Assembly (NCBI GenBank): GCA_049599475.1
Contig: JBMYOQ010000006.1
Coordinates: 53,988 to 117,987 of the forward strand
Length of the DNA stretch: 64,000 bases
Direction: 5' to 3'
Source: Opitutales bacterium
GTDB taxonomy: Bacteria; Verrucomicrobiota; Verrucomicrobiia; Opitutales; JABSRG01
Shown piece by piece: positions 41,099-50,833 of the stretch; positions within the stretch are counted from its first letter, which is position 1; every line of letters starts with the position of its first letter. The notes under the pieces are model-generated. The model saw only the letters and a program-made list of their open reading frames with translations, ran no database searches and was not told the origin of the DNA. The position numbers and the translations under genes are program-made.

Positions 41099-42352
41099 AT
41101 GAGTCCGATCCTAATCGCATTTCTGGTTCTCCTAGTCCTCAAAACACTCGTCAGCCTGTACTTAGATTTTTTGAATCTGAAGCACGTCCAGGCACATGCT
41201 TCGGAGCGTCCGGAGGCCTTGAAATCGGTGGTGGATGCAGAGACATACGAGAAAACTGTGCGCTATACCCTGGCTAAGGGAAAATTTGGGGTATTCAACG
41301 GACTATTTGATGCAGTGGCGCTTGGGATCATCGTGGCGACGGGGTTCTTGGGAGGATCCTTTGTCTGGTTGACGGAGGCTTGGGGCGCAGGCATCTGGGC
41401 TCAAGCGGCCATCTTGTTTCTGATTCCAACAGTCTTAGGACTGCTTGATTTGCCTTTTGATTACTATTCTCAGTTCAAAATTGAAGCTGAGTTTGGCTTT
41501 AACAAGTCGACGGTGGGGCTCTGGGTCGCGGACCAGTTTCGCAATCTCGCAGTAGGGGCTCTGTTGATGATACCTCTCGTGGCGCTCCTGCTCTTCATTG
41601 TGCAATCGCTCCCGAATACATGGTGGCTATGGGGTTTCATACTCCTGTTTGGCTTTCAGCTGGTGATGATCGTGGTGTATCCGAAATTCATCATACCGCT
41701 GTATAATAAGTTGAGCCCCTTACCGGAGGGAGAGTTGAAAGAGCGTTTATTGGCGCTGGCCGAGAAACTCGACTTCCCCACAAAAACGATCGAAGTGATC
41801 GATGGCTCGAAACGCTCCGGGCATTCCAATGCCTACTTTACTGGATTTGGGAAATTCAGGCAGGTGGTGATTTATGATACGCTGATTGAGCAGCTGGAGC
41901 CCGAGCAGCTTGAGGCGGTCCTTGCTCATGAGATCGGGCACTACAAGAAGGGACACATTCCCAAGACTTTGATCACCTTCGGTGTTGTTGGCCTAGCGGC
42001 GTTTGCCTTTATCGGTTGGTTGACTCAGGTGCCTGCCTTTATCGAAGGACTAGGCTTTGTCGGGGTCCCTGAAGGGGCTGTGGTTCCGGCCACTTTGATG
42101 GCGTTTTCCATTATGAGTGGACTGATTACTTTCTGGATGAGCCCCCTGTCCGCGCGTCGGTCACGAAAACATGAATACGAGGCAGACGCCTATGCAAAGG
42201 ATGCGGTAGGCGGCGCTGAGCCGATGATTGGAGCTTTGCGTAATCTGTTTCAGAAAAATTTGAGCAATCTCAATCCGCACCCGATCTATAGTGGTTTTTA
42301 CTATTCCCATCCTACGCTCCTTGAGCGCGAGGCAGCCTTGCGGGCTGAGTAG
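41099..42352 (+). CDS. M48 family (Ste24-like) membrane metalloprotease
   Basis: Several TM helices, DGSKRSGHSNAYFTG, HEIGH, EYEAD, YSHP. Confidence 0.93.
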   Translation: MSPILIAFLVLLVLKTLVSLYLDFLNLKHVQAHASERPEALKSVVDAETYEKTVRYTLAKGKFGVFNGLFDAVALGIIVATGFLGGSFVWLTEAWGAGIWAQAAILFLIPTVLGLLDLPFDYYSQFKIEAEFGFNKSTVGLWVADQFRNLAVGALLMIPLVALLLFIVQSLPNTWWLWGFILLFGFQLVMIVVYPKFIIPLYNKLSPLPEGELKERLLALAEKLDFPTKTIEVIDGSKRSGHSNAYFTGFGKFRQVVIYDTLIEQLEPEQLEAVLAHEIGHYKKGHIPKTLITFGVVGLAAFAFIGWLTQVPAFIEGLGFVGVPEGAVVPATLMAFSIMSGLITFWMSPLSARRSRKHEYEADAYAKDAVGGAEPMIGALRNLFQKNLSNLNPHPIYSGFYYSHPTLLEREAALRAE

Positions 42353-42383
42353 ATATTAGTCCGTATATTATAAAATAACGGAG

Positions 42384-43298
42384 ATGAGGTTTTTAGTTTT
42401 TTTGTCCGACAGCCTTAGGTTGAAGTCCGCGCCTATCTTCCTCTTCTGCGGATTGTTTTTTGTTCAGAGCGCGACGAGCTTTGCGCTCACGGTAGCGTCT
42501 TATAATTTACAGAATTATCTATCTACTGGGCGCATGGTGGACGGTGCGTACCGTCGGGATTATCCCAAGCCTGAGGCGGAGAAACGCTCCCTGCGGGCAA
42601 ATATCATCGATGTCAATCCAGACATATTAGCTGTCCAGGAAATGGGAGATCTGCCCTATCTTGAGGAGTTGCAGCGGGATCTCGCGCGAGATGGCCTGAC
42701 GTATCCATATGCTTATTTGGGGGTCGGCGTAGACTCCGTGAGGCACACGGCAGTGCTTTCGAAAATTGAACCAACAGAGGTCCGAAAGCACCTCGATCTC
42801 CGCTTTAAGTATTTTGATGGAGAGTCTAGCCCGCAGCGTGGCTTACTTGAGTTGAAATTTGCGAGTTCTGAGGAAATGCCTGCATTTTCTCTGTACGTGG
42901 TGCATTTGAAGAGTAAGCGTACGGTGAGGGATGACGATTTTGAGTCGAGTATTCTCCGAGAGAAGGAAGCGCGGGTGATCCGGGATCGTATATTGAAGAC
43001 TCACGGTGAAGGTGATGACGCTTTCTACATGGTTGTCGGGGATTTTAATGACACGAAAAACCAGGCTCCGATTCGGCGTTTTCTTGAGATCGGAGGGCGT
43101 GACATCGGCACACTGTTACCTCTGCAGGATGAGGACGGTTATTGGTGGACTTACTATTGGGAGCGCGCGCATCAGTACTCGCGCGTAGATTATATCGTGT
43201 GTAGTCCAGCATTTATGAGCCAGTGGACGGGCGAAAGCGGAATCCATCCCTCGGTGGAGGGGTCGGATCATCGATTGCTGTGGGCCATGTTCGAGTAG
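42384..43298 (+). CDS. Secreted endonuclease/exonuclease/phosphatase family protein
   Basis: SYNLQNY, AVQE, VHLKSK, GDFND, VDYI, SDH. Confidence 0.88.
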   Translation: MRFLVFLSDSLRLKSAPIFLFCGLFFVQSATSFALTVASYNLQNYLSTGRMVDGAYRRDYPKPEAEKRSLRANIIDVNPDILAVQEMGDLPYLEELQRDLARDGLTYPYAYLGVGVDSVRHTAVLSKIEPTEVRKHLDLRFKYFDGESSPQRGLLELKFASSEEMPAFSLYVVHLKSKRTVRDDDFESSILREKEARVIRDRILKTHGEGDDAFYMVVGDFNDTKNQAPIRRFLEIGGRDIGTLLPLQDEDGYWWTYYWERAHQYSRVDYIVCSPAFMSQWTGESGIHPSVEGSDHRLLWAMFE

Positions 43299-43395
43299 GC
43301 ATTTTTAATTTATTGGGAAGAACGTTAAGAAATGCTGGCTTCCGGCCCAGGTGCATTTTCTTATGGGATCAAAGCTCAACGCGGAGGTCGTAAAA

Positions 43396-43929
43396 ATGAA
43401 AACGAATACAGAAAAGATTGCAGATTGGATAGCCGCTGCTGGGCCTCTCAACGTGGGCGAACTTGTGGGAGAGACGACGCGTTTTGTCTGTGCCAATGTA
43501 TTTGAAAAAATGGGAGCCTGCGAAGGGAGTTTGTGGTGGAACTTCCCAGACAGTGATTATTTGGAGGTCTGCTATAACTCCGGAGCCGCCGCGGAACGGC
43601 TTGTGGGGCAGGTCAGGCAGCCGCTCAGCGAAGGGATTATCAGTCTAGTATTTCATACCGGAGAACCGGCTTACACGAACCAGATTAATGAGAACCCGGA
43701 CCACAGTAAGCAGATCGATATCGAATTGTCTCAACAGACTTCACGCATGCTGGCCTCGCCCCTGATGTTGGGAGAGGAAATTGTCGGGGTGATCTCTGCG
43801 GTGGTGCTGAGCGAGGATTCTACGAAGCGCTTCGAGTATTCAGATTTAGAATCAGCCCATCATCTTACAGAAATTCTGCAATCGCTCTGGGAAAGGCACG
43901 TCATGTTACAGATGGACGACGCACTCTAA
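43396..43929 (+). CDS. Stand-alone GAF domain protein
   Basis: GGAGG 8 nt before the ATG. EGIISLVFHTGEP, SRMLASPL...IVGVISAV, FEYSDL. Confidence 0.82.
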   Translation: MKTNTEKIADWIAAAGPLNVGELVGETTRFVCANVFEKMGACEGSLWWNFPDSDYLEVCYNSGAAAERLVGQVRQPLSEGIISLVFHTGEPAYTNQINENPDHSKQIDIELSQQTSRMLASPLMLGEEIVGVISAVVLSEDSTKRFEYSDLESAHHLTEILQSLWERHVMLQMDDAL

Positions 43930-43943
43930 TTTTTCCAATCGTC

Positions 43944-44759
43944 ATGTTTTCAAAAAAACAGATTGAAGAGGCTCGCGAGCTGATTGCGACGAACACTGGA
44001 GACGGTGTCCAAGTGGCGATTCTGGATACAGGCATTGATTGGTCGCATCCGATGTTGGAGGGCTTGAGCCGAGCGGACGATATCGGTTTTGATCCGAATA
44101 CGGGCAGAGCTTATGCGATCGAAGCTGATGAGCCGGACCCATTCGGGCACGGGACCGCTGTCGCGAGTATTATTTATAGACTGGCGCCGAAGGTGAAATT
44201 GGGGTCGATCCGCGTGCTTTCGGGAGCCGCGCGTGGAGCCTCACCAGTGGTTCATGAAGGCGCCAAGATTGGTATACGTTCGGGCTATCACTGTCTGCAC
44301 TGTAGTTTCGGAAGCCAGATGCTCGCGCGCCTGCCCAGCTATAAGACTTGGATCGACGAAGCTTACGTGAATAGCGTGCAGGTGGTCAGTGCCACGAGTA
44401 ATCTCGGGGCTACGCGTACCGATTATCCCTCTCATTTCCCAACCGTTCTTGGGGTGACTGGGAAAACGCGCGCGGAGACCTATTCCCTCGAATTTATCGA
44501 GAAGCAGCTGATTCAGTTGTGCTTACCGGCGGATGATTTTCGGGTGGCATGGTGCAATGGCAGCACGAATTTGGTCGGCGGCACGAGCTTCGCCGCTCCC
44601 ATCGTGACGGCCCTCGTAGTAAGACTCCTGGAAACCTGGCCTGAGGCAACGCCTCTCGAGCTTAAAGCTCTCTTGATTCAACTCGCGAAAGGCACTCTGG
44701 ATTTAACAGATTTGCTGAAAGCCTCGGGCGTCGTAGAGAGTGTCGCGATTGCGAAATAA
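43944..44759 (+). CDS. S8 subtilase without signal peptide or propeptide
   Basis: Catalytic triad ILDTGID / GHGTAVA / GTSFAAP, oxyanion ATSN. Confidence 0.9.
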   Translation: MFSKKQIEEARELIATNTGDGVQVAILDTGIDWSHPMLEGLSRADDIGFDPNTGRAYAIEADEPDPFGHGTAVASIIYRLAPKVKLGSIRVLSGAARGASPVVHEGAKIGIRSGYHCLHCSFGSQMLARLPSYKTWIDEAYVNSVQVVSATSNLGATRTDYPSHFPTVLGVTGKTRAETYSLEFIEKQLIQLCLPADDFRVAWCNGSTNLVGGTSFAAPIVTALVVRLLETWPEATPLELKALLIQLAKGTLDLTDLLKASGVVESVAIAK

Positions 44760-44832
44760 TTTTGCCACGGAGAAACCGTCCAGATGTCGCTGGGAAGAGG
44801 CGGAATTGCGCTGCCTTTAGGATGATGCCAAC

Positions 44833-44922
44833 GGTAGTAGCCGATCTCCAAGCGGCTGAGTGCTGCGTAAACACTGGGCGAAATTGCTGGATCCGCCGCT
44901 CGGAGATCGGCTGCTTGCTACC
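44833..44922. repeat. Inverted GTAG-REP doublet, paralogue of 9830-9916
   Basis: GGTAGTAGCCGATCTCCAAGCGGCTG ... CCGCCGCTCGGAGATCGGCTGCTTGCTACC. Confidence 0.8.
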
Positions 44923-45029
44923 GATTTTTTCTCTAACGACAACGTCCCTCCCCGTGGTTCTTTGGCACAAAAAAACCGCGCAGGCTCTGAAGTCTACGCG
45001 GTTTTCTGGTTTTAAATGGATGGCTGGGC

Positions 45030-45269
45030 TTATGCGACGCGCTGCTCTTTGATGCAGTCTGCGAGGTAGGTGACCCATGCTGGATTGTCTTTGAGTTGAG
45101 CGCAGAGTGCACTGCGTTCTTCCTCTTCGATATCCCCGATTGCGAAACGTTTGAGGGATGCCCGGGCGTCTTCGTCTGGCATCTCGTTTGCGGCACTGTG
45201 GGCGAACACATCGTTCTCATGTAGGTTCGCGATGCCTTCGAAAATTTTCCAAATTTCTGAATCTTTCAT
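45030..45269 (-). CDS. Small soluble protein (79 aa), possible anti-sigma domain
   Basis: ATG at 45269. LKRFAIGDIEEEERSALCAQLKDNP resembles anti-sigma N-terminal helices. Follows an ECF gene. Confidence 0.6.
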   Translation of the reverse strand: MKDSEIWKIFEGIANLHENDVFAHSAANEMPDEDARASLKRFAIGDIEEEERSALCAQLKDNPAWVTYLADCIKEQRVA

Positions 45270-45379
45270 TTCTCTCAATTGGTAGTAGGTGAACAGAACG
45301 TTGTTTAGTTGTTTCCGGGTATACGTGCTTTGGGGTGTTGTTTTCAGAAAAGCCGCAATTTTTCTAAAAAAACTTTCTG

Positions 45380-46066
45380 CTAGAATAAAAGACGGGGGAT
45401 TTGCGCAGCAATTTGTAGGAAATCTTCCCATTGAAGTTCGAGCCATGGCTCCCGCTGCTTCAGGGCGTTCATCGTCTTACGTTTTACTTGAGACATCGCA
45501 TTCTGGAAGATGCGGGTCACTGTGGTATTCGAGGTATCCCACATGAGAGCAATTTCTCGTTGCTGGATATTCTCGATAAAAACAAGGCGCAGCATAAGGC
45601 GGTGCTCGATGTCCAAAGTGTTGATGGCCTCTTGGACGCATTCATGCAGGAGCTCCTTTACCGATCCAGTCGGGTCGTTTTCCAGATCGGTATCTGTGGT
45701 AGACACGTACTTGCCGAATTTCTCCTCTTCGACGCTTTCATCCACTGTCTCGATGCGTTTTCTGCGTTTGCTATCGATTAGGCGATTGGTGGCTACGGTA
45801 GCGAGCCAGGTAGAAAGAGCTGACACTCCGGAATAGCGAGCCATCAGGCAGGGCTTTTCGGAGTTTTCACGGGGTACGCAATCGCCCCACAAGTTTTGAA
45901 TAATGTCTTTGGCTTCGATCTCGGTCGCACCGCGATTGCGCAGGATACCCACCAAAAAGGAATCATATTCCTTTAGGCGTTGAAAGGCTTTGGAGTCGCC
46001 GTTGACGCACGCTTCTGCGAGCATCAAATCGTCGGCATGTTTTTCAGATGCAGTGTCGGAAGTCAC
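45380..46066 (-). CDS. ECF-type RNA polymerase sigma factor
   Basis: Region 2 KDIIQNLW...LSTWLATVATNRLIDSKRR, region 4 QREIALMWDTSNTTVTR. Confidence 0.85.
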   Translation of the reverse strand: MTSDTASEKHADDLMLAEACVNGDSKAFQRLKEYDSFLVGILRNRGATEIEAKDIIQNLWGDCVPRENSEKPCLMARYSGVSALSTWLATVATNRLIDSKRRKRIETVDESVEEEKFGKYVSTTDTDLENDPTGSVKELLHECVQEAINTLDIEHRLMLRLVFIENIQQREIALMWDTSNTTVTRIFQNAMSQVKRKTMNALKQREPWLELQWEDFLQIAAQIPRLLF

Positions 46067-46166
46067 GAAAGTGAACTGGGTGAGGAGGAGGTGTGTGTAA
46101 GAGGCAGTGCAGTATGTGCACAGAATTTAATTCGAAAGCAAGCTTTGAGCCGTTTAACCCAGGAGT

Positions 46167-47789
46167 CTACGGTGTGTCTTCAGCTTTGGGGGCTGGCGGC
46201 GGAGCCCATTTGTCAGCCCGCTCCAGATCTGCCGCTTTCATGGCAATTTTCCGCCCGCGCGCTTTGATCGCATTCTGCCTAGGGGTATTCGAATCTTCTT
46301 TAATCAAGACATCGAAGATTTTGAGAGCCGTGCTTGTGTCGCCCCAAGCTGCATTTAGCTCCGCGATTTCAAGGGTAATGGGCAGAGGTATATTGGCCTC
46401 TTTTAAGGTCTCAAGCGGAGCTCTTGTTTGGAGTGTAGTCAGCGCTTGTTTCTTATCCTGGGTTGCTTGTAGGCGGGCTACCTCAATCAGCAAACTCGGG
46501 TCAGCGCTTTTGTTGAGTATGGATAGTCCATATTCGATTGCGGAGTCATTCCCGAAGGACTTCGCGCGTTCTCGCATTTCTAAAATGCTCGCGTAGGGGT
46601 GTGTGCTCTCGCGCGCTCGCGCGGATTCAAGACCCCCGGGGAATGGTCGGTAGAGGGGGTCTCCTATTGAGATAGCTTGCCAGCTGAGCCCCGTGAGGGC
46701 GTAGTAGGTCGCCTCTCCCCAAGTCTTCCCCTCGCGCAGGGCAGCGTAGATCATCTGGGGTTGGTGGGTGAGGTGCAGGTAGGGTTCGAATACATTTCCG
46801 ATAGTGGCGGTGATGCCTCGATCGATCAGAGTAGGTGTCCAGTGGCGGTTACGCGTGCGCAGGGACCCGGCAGAGCTGCTGTGTAGGTGGAAGCCAATGG
46901 CGCCTCGGGCGAAGCTGTAGTCAGTCTCTTTAAATGGGCCATCTGCTTCCTTGGTGTACCAACCGAAATAGATGGCTGCATCTTCGGTGCGATCTCCGAT
47001 TGCGAACCGTTGTTTGCCGGGCTTTTCCGAGAGCTCCCATCGGTCTTGGACGACAGAGTCTTTGAGTGCGTTGAACCACTGATCTCCCTGCTTGTGAGGG
47101 CCTCCTATGTCGATAAGGGCGCGGCCCCACAGGCCCTGGGTTTCCCCTTCAATGGCCCGGTCTACGAGGGCTTTGGAGGTGGCGAAATCGGGTCCATCGA
47201 GGCGAGATATCCGGATGACTGCGCGGCGCCGCATGAGGCCGGGGTTTTTCTGGTTGAAAAGCGGATTGTCGAGTGGCCCGAGCATTCGACTGTTATTTAT
47301 CGGGATCAGGCTGAGGTCGGAATCAACCGCTGCTCGGAAGGTGTTGAATTGTTTTGGCAGCGCTGGGCCATCGACTTCGGCAAGCTTGGGTGCGTGTCCA
47401 AATTTTAAAGGAACGCCGAAGCAGGGCACTAAGTATTCGATATCGTGGGATACAAATAGAAACTTTTCACGTCCCAGGGCATCTTTCTTCTGATCGAAGA
47501 TGATGTTCATCGCACCCTGCTCGTGTAGTGCTCTGAGCAGTGGGTTGTATATTAGGTTTATGTATTGATTAAAATTGATCGTCTCTTTCTCTGGCATCGA
47601 GAGACTAATAATATTGCCTTCGGGTATGTTTCGCGTGGCAGCGTAGTGCTTTGCCAGGTTTACGGAGTCGTCAGAAGTAGCATTGGCTAAGATCCATACT
47701 TTAGCATTACCCTGAGCGCTCATCGCGCAGGAGAGGATGCCGAGGCATAGTATAAAAAGTCGGATTTTAAAATAGATGGGTGAACCCAT
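46167..47789 (-). CDS. TIGR03790 family protein
   Basis: LAKHYAATRNIP, AVDSDL, SRLDGP, GAIGFHLHSSSA, ATIGNVFEPYL, GDPLYRPF. Confidence 0.85.
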   Translation of the reverse strand: MGSPIYFKIRLFILCLGILSCAMSAQGNAKVWILANATSDDSVNLAKHYAATRNIPEGNIISLSMPEKETINFNQYINLIYNPLLRALHEQGAMNIIFDQKKDALGREKFLFVSHDIEYLVPCFGVPLKFGHAPKLAEVDGPALPKQFNTFRAAVDSDLSLIPINNSRMLGPLDNPLFNQKNPGLMRRRAVIRISRLDGPDFATSKALVDRAIEGETQGLWGRALIDIGGPHKQGDQWFNALKDSVVQDRWELSEKPGKQRFAIGDRTEDAAIYFGWYTKEADGPFKETDYSFARGAIGFHLHSSSAGSLRTRNRHWTPTLIDRGITATIGNVFEPYLHLTHQPQMIYAALREGKTWGEATYYALTGLSWQAISIGDPLYRPFPGGLESARARESTHPYASILEMRERAKSFGNDSAIEYGLSILNKSADPSLLIEVARLQATQDKKQALTTLQTRAPLETLKEANIPLPITLEIAELNAAWGDTSTALKIFDVLIKEDSNTPRQNAIKARGRKIAMKAADLERADKWAPPPAPKAEDTP

Positions 47790-47795
47790 GGGGAC

Positions 47796-48173
47796 TTATT
47801 TTAGAAGGTGTGTGATTGTGAAGAATCCGCCACACACGGCGGCAAAAGCTAGGACGAGATTACTCAATACATGTCCAACGGCGGCCGCTATATGTCCTTC
47901 ACCTAAGATTTTGAATACTTCTAAGGAAAATGTAGAAAAGGTGGTAAAGGCTCCGCAAAACCCTATGGCAAGAAACGCAAATAGAGGGGACTCGTTGGCG
48001 ATGTGCCCATTTTTGGAAGCGGCGAAAAGTCCGCCAAGTATTAGGCTTCCCAATACATTTATGGTCAGTGTGCCCCAGGGGTGTCCTTGATTTAATACGT
48101 GGCTTACTCCAAAACGCGAAATGCTACCGAGTGCACCACCCAGGCCGATCGAGAGCATCCATATCACATTCAT
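47796..48173 (-). CDS. crcB: Fluoride channel FluC/CrcB
   Basis: GGALGSISR, GTLTINVLGS, GFCGAFTTFSTF. Confidence 0.95.
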   Translation of the reverse strand: MNVIWMLSIGLGGALGSISRFGVSHVLNQGHPWGTLTINVLGSLILGGLFAASKNGHIANESPLFAFLAIGFCGAFTTFSTFSLEVFKILGEGHIAAAVGHVLSNLVLAFAAVCGGFFTITHLLK

Positions 48174-48176
48174 TGT

Positions 48177-49184
48177 TTACCTGCCGCGTATTTGATTGAG
48201 GCGTTTCTGGTATTCAAAAATGCCGTCCTTTAGGCATTCAGCGAGCCTTTCGACTCGATTTGAAGACTTCAGCGCTTTTGCAGTCCCATAGTGAGAGAGG
48301 AAGCCAAGCTCTAAAAGCATTGCCGGTACTTTGACTTCGCGAAGTACTGCGAATCTTGCGCGTTTTACGCCGCGGTCGGGCTCATCGGTAAAGGTCTCGA
48401 CGAGTTTCTTTTGAATCGTGTAGCCGGCGATCAGATTCCAGGTGTCATTGACATTGCCCGCGTAGCTAATGGCGTCGGAGCGGTGGCGTTTAGAATTGCG
48501 GGTAGATGGTTGTCCTTTCGGAGACATTACGAAGGTTTCAATCCCGTTGACACTGGAAGTGGTTACGGAATTGAAGTGAATGCTCACGAAGAGATCCGCC
48601 TTTACCTTGTTTGCGAAGGCTGCCCGATCTTTGAGCTCGATGAATTTATCGCTCTCTCGTGTGAGGAGCACTTGGTATCCGAGTGCTCCGAGTTTTCGCT
48701 TCAGTCGATTGGCGACATCGAGAGCTAGGTCTTTTTCGCGGATGCCTAGGCTCTTGTTGATGGCTCCGGTATCTTTGCCTCCGTGTCCTGGATCGAGCAC
48801 GATGCGGTAAAGTTTTGGCTTCGGATTGGTCCGTTGTGGAATGAGAAGAGGCTCGAGATTGCTCTTAATATCGCTCTCAGACAGCCAAAGGTTTCCCCCG
48901 GTTTCTGCGATCGCGAAGCCTAGGGCGAGTTTCACCTTATTGTAGACCATTTCACGCTTGTGAATGGTAAAGCTCAGGTTCGACCAGCGGCTGGCTATCC
49001 GTTCTGTTTTTTTAGAAGAGACAACGGAATGCCCCATCCCAAAGCGGCTCGCTACGCTCTTGAGCTGAGTATACGACTGCCCGAAGAGTTTGGCTGTGCG
49101 TGACCAAAGTGCATCTGGACGCAGGAATCCGAGGGTTCCCAATGCAATGAACTTGAGCCTGGAGCGTTGGGGCAAAGAAGGCAT
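48177..49184 (-). CDS. N-acetylmuramoyl-L-alanine amidase (Amidase_3)
   Basis: LDPGHGGKDTGA, EKD, LTR, SIHFN, LLELGFL. Confidence 0.93.
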   Translation of the reverse strand: MPSLPQRSRLKFIALGTLGFLRPDALWSRTAKLFGQSYTQLKSVASRFGMGHSVVSSKKTERIASRWSNLSFTIHKREMVYNKVKLALGFAIAETGGNLWLSESDIKSNLEPLLIPQRTNPKPKLYRIVLDPGHGGKDTGAINKSLGIREKDLALDVANRLKRKLGALGYQVLLTRESDKFIELKDRAAFANKVKADLFVSIHFNSVTTSSVNGIETFVMSPKGQPSTRNSKRHRSDAISYAGNVNDTWNLIAGYTIQKKLVETFTDEPDRGVKRARFAVLREVKVPAMLLELGFLSHYGTAKALKSSNRVERLAECLKDGIFEYQKRLNQIRGR

Positions 49185-49234
49185 AGGGCGGGAGACAGGG
49201 AGAAGAGAGAGAGGTGCCGTCTGCAGCCGTTTTC

Positions 49235-49855
49235 TTATTCGTGCTCTTCGCCGCTATCGTCTTCGTGTTCGAGCTCGTCGTCAGGGTGGTTGAAGCGCAA
49301 TTGGCGCTGAGACGAAGGCAGGGGCGACATCATCATGATGACATTGCGTCCCGCGAGCTTGGGCTCAGCGTCCTTGGCTGCTACATGCTCGAGCATTTCG
49401 GCTACCGTGTGCATGCGCTCGATACCGAGGTTTTTGTGCTCATTTTCGCGGCCACGGAAGGTCAGGGTGAACTTCACCTTATTACCGCTGTAGAGAAAGC
49501 CTTCTGCCCTGCGCAGTTTAGTCTCAAAGTCGTGAGCGTCGATGCCTACACGGAATTTCACTTCCTTCAGCTTTGTAGTCGTGCTCTTTTGATCCTTCTT
49601 TTTCTTGGATTCCTCGTAAATATATTTGCCGTAGTCGAGGATGCGACAGACTGGTGGACGTGCCGTCGGAGAGATTTCAATGAGGTCTAAGCCAGCTTCG
49701 GAGGCGAGTCTTTGAGCTTCCTTGGTCTGTAAGACGCCTAGGTTACTTCCATTCGGTCCGATGACTCGAACTTCAGGGGCGCGGATGCGATCATTGCGGC
49801 GCATCCCGCGGTTGTTTTGAAAACGACGTTTATTTTTTCCTGACGGTCTTGGCAT
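49235..49855 (-). CDS. infC: Translation initiation factor IF-3
   Basis: [39 protein letters not shown] (MPRPSG) used as start. Confidence 0.96.
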   Translation of the reverse strand: MPRPSGKNKRRFQNNRGMRRNDRIRAPEVRVIGPNGSNLGVLQTKEAQRLASEAGLDLIEISPTARPPVCRILDYGKYIYEESKKKKDQKSTTTKLKEVKFRVGIDAHDFETKLRRAEGFLYSGNKVKFTLTFRGRENEHKNLGIERMHTVAEMLEHVAAKDAEPKLAGRNVIMMMSPLPSSQRQLRFNHPDDELEHEDDSGEEHE

Positions 49856-50052
49856 TAAAGCTATTAGAATGGCGTAGAGTCGGCTGAAACGTTCAGACGA
49901 TATCCTTAGTAAAGACGCCAAACTTGGCTATTGGTTGACTGTTTTCAACCCCTAAAGTCAGCAGATTGCGAGAATAGGCTTGGATGTTTGGTGACTTTGT
50001 AGGGTGCCGATCGTTTGAGCTGAAATAATGCGCGTGTGAGTCGGGCGTATTT

Positions 50053-50532
50053 TCAATCCTGAGGATCTTTGATGAGATCCTCGGTGCGCATCGAAGCCAA
50101 TTCGCGAGCACGCTCGAGTTTTGGGGCTAGCTCAGCCTCAAAAATGACAGCGTCTTCTTCGTCTAAAACATCCGTTATGTTTTGCATGCGCTGCTCTAAA
50201 GTCTCAATTAGGCGGGGAGCGACGTCTGCGCGAATCTCGAGAAAGTCTTTTTGTAGGCCGAGCAATTCTGTCTCAATGTGGATGCGTTCGATTTCGCTTA
50301 GGTCCATTTTACGAAACACCTTTCGTTGCAATGCTTCGGTCATCAGGACCACGCCTTTGCCTGACTCCAAGCTACGCTCAATGATTCGAGGGAGCATTAG
50401 CCCGGTGAACCCGATGCCCAGTAAGAATCCGAAAAACAGAACAGCCGTGAGGACTAGGGCTGCTTTGAGCTTGCCCTTAGGTTTTTGTTTTGAGGGAGCC
50501 ATTGGTTGGGGGCTGGGTGAGTCGGAGTCCAT
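50053..50532 (-). CDS. Membrane-anchored helical periplasmic protein (ECF-associated sensor-like)
   Basis: One TM helix then a helical domain (MDLSEIE...VLDEED). Last gene of the ECF operon. Confidence 0.65.
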   Translation of the reverse strand: MDSDSPSPQPMAPSKQKPKGKLKAALVLTAVLFFGFLLGIGFTGLMLPRIIERSLESGKGVVLMTEALQRKVFRKMDLSEIERIHIETELLGLQKDFLEIRADVAPRLIETLEQRMQNITDVLDEEDAVIFEAELAPKLERARELASMRTEDLIKDPQD

Positions 50533-50548
50533 GATGGTGAATATTGGT

Positions 50549-50833
50549 TTAGAACCAGATAATGGCCTCGGTGAGTAATGTAGCCTCGAAAGAGTTCATC
50601 CCGTTGAAAAACTGCACTCCGGATACTGTGGCTGTTATTGCCAGGGCGGCCAGACCCCATGAGACCATTTTGGGTGTCGCTAAAGATGCTATGCTGCTGA
50701 TCCAATTGTCCTGCTCGCTCTCGTCCTGGAGAGCCTGACGGACGCTGAGGCGCACATTTACCTCAGGAATATTCTCCTGCTTGGCCGCGTGAATGAGCGA
50801 TTTAAAGGATTTGTTCGATTGTGGAGTATCCAT
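50549..50833 (-). CDS. Putative single-TM anti-sigma factor
   Basis: Overlaps the 3' end of the ECF gene, 94 aa with one TM helix. Confidence 0.6.
   Translation of the reverse strand: MDTPQSNKSFKSLIHAAKQENIPEVNVRLSVRQALQDESEQDNWISSIASLATPKMVSWGLAALAITATVSGVQFFNGMNSFEATLLTEAIIWF

Noticed and set aside
48173..48260. Fluoride riboswitch upstream of crcB
   Set aside because: crcB starts 3 nt after the amidase stop, so there is no leader, and I saw no motif.
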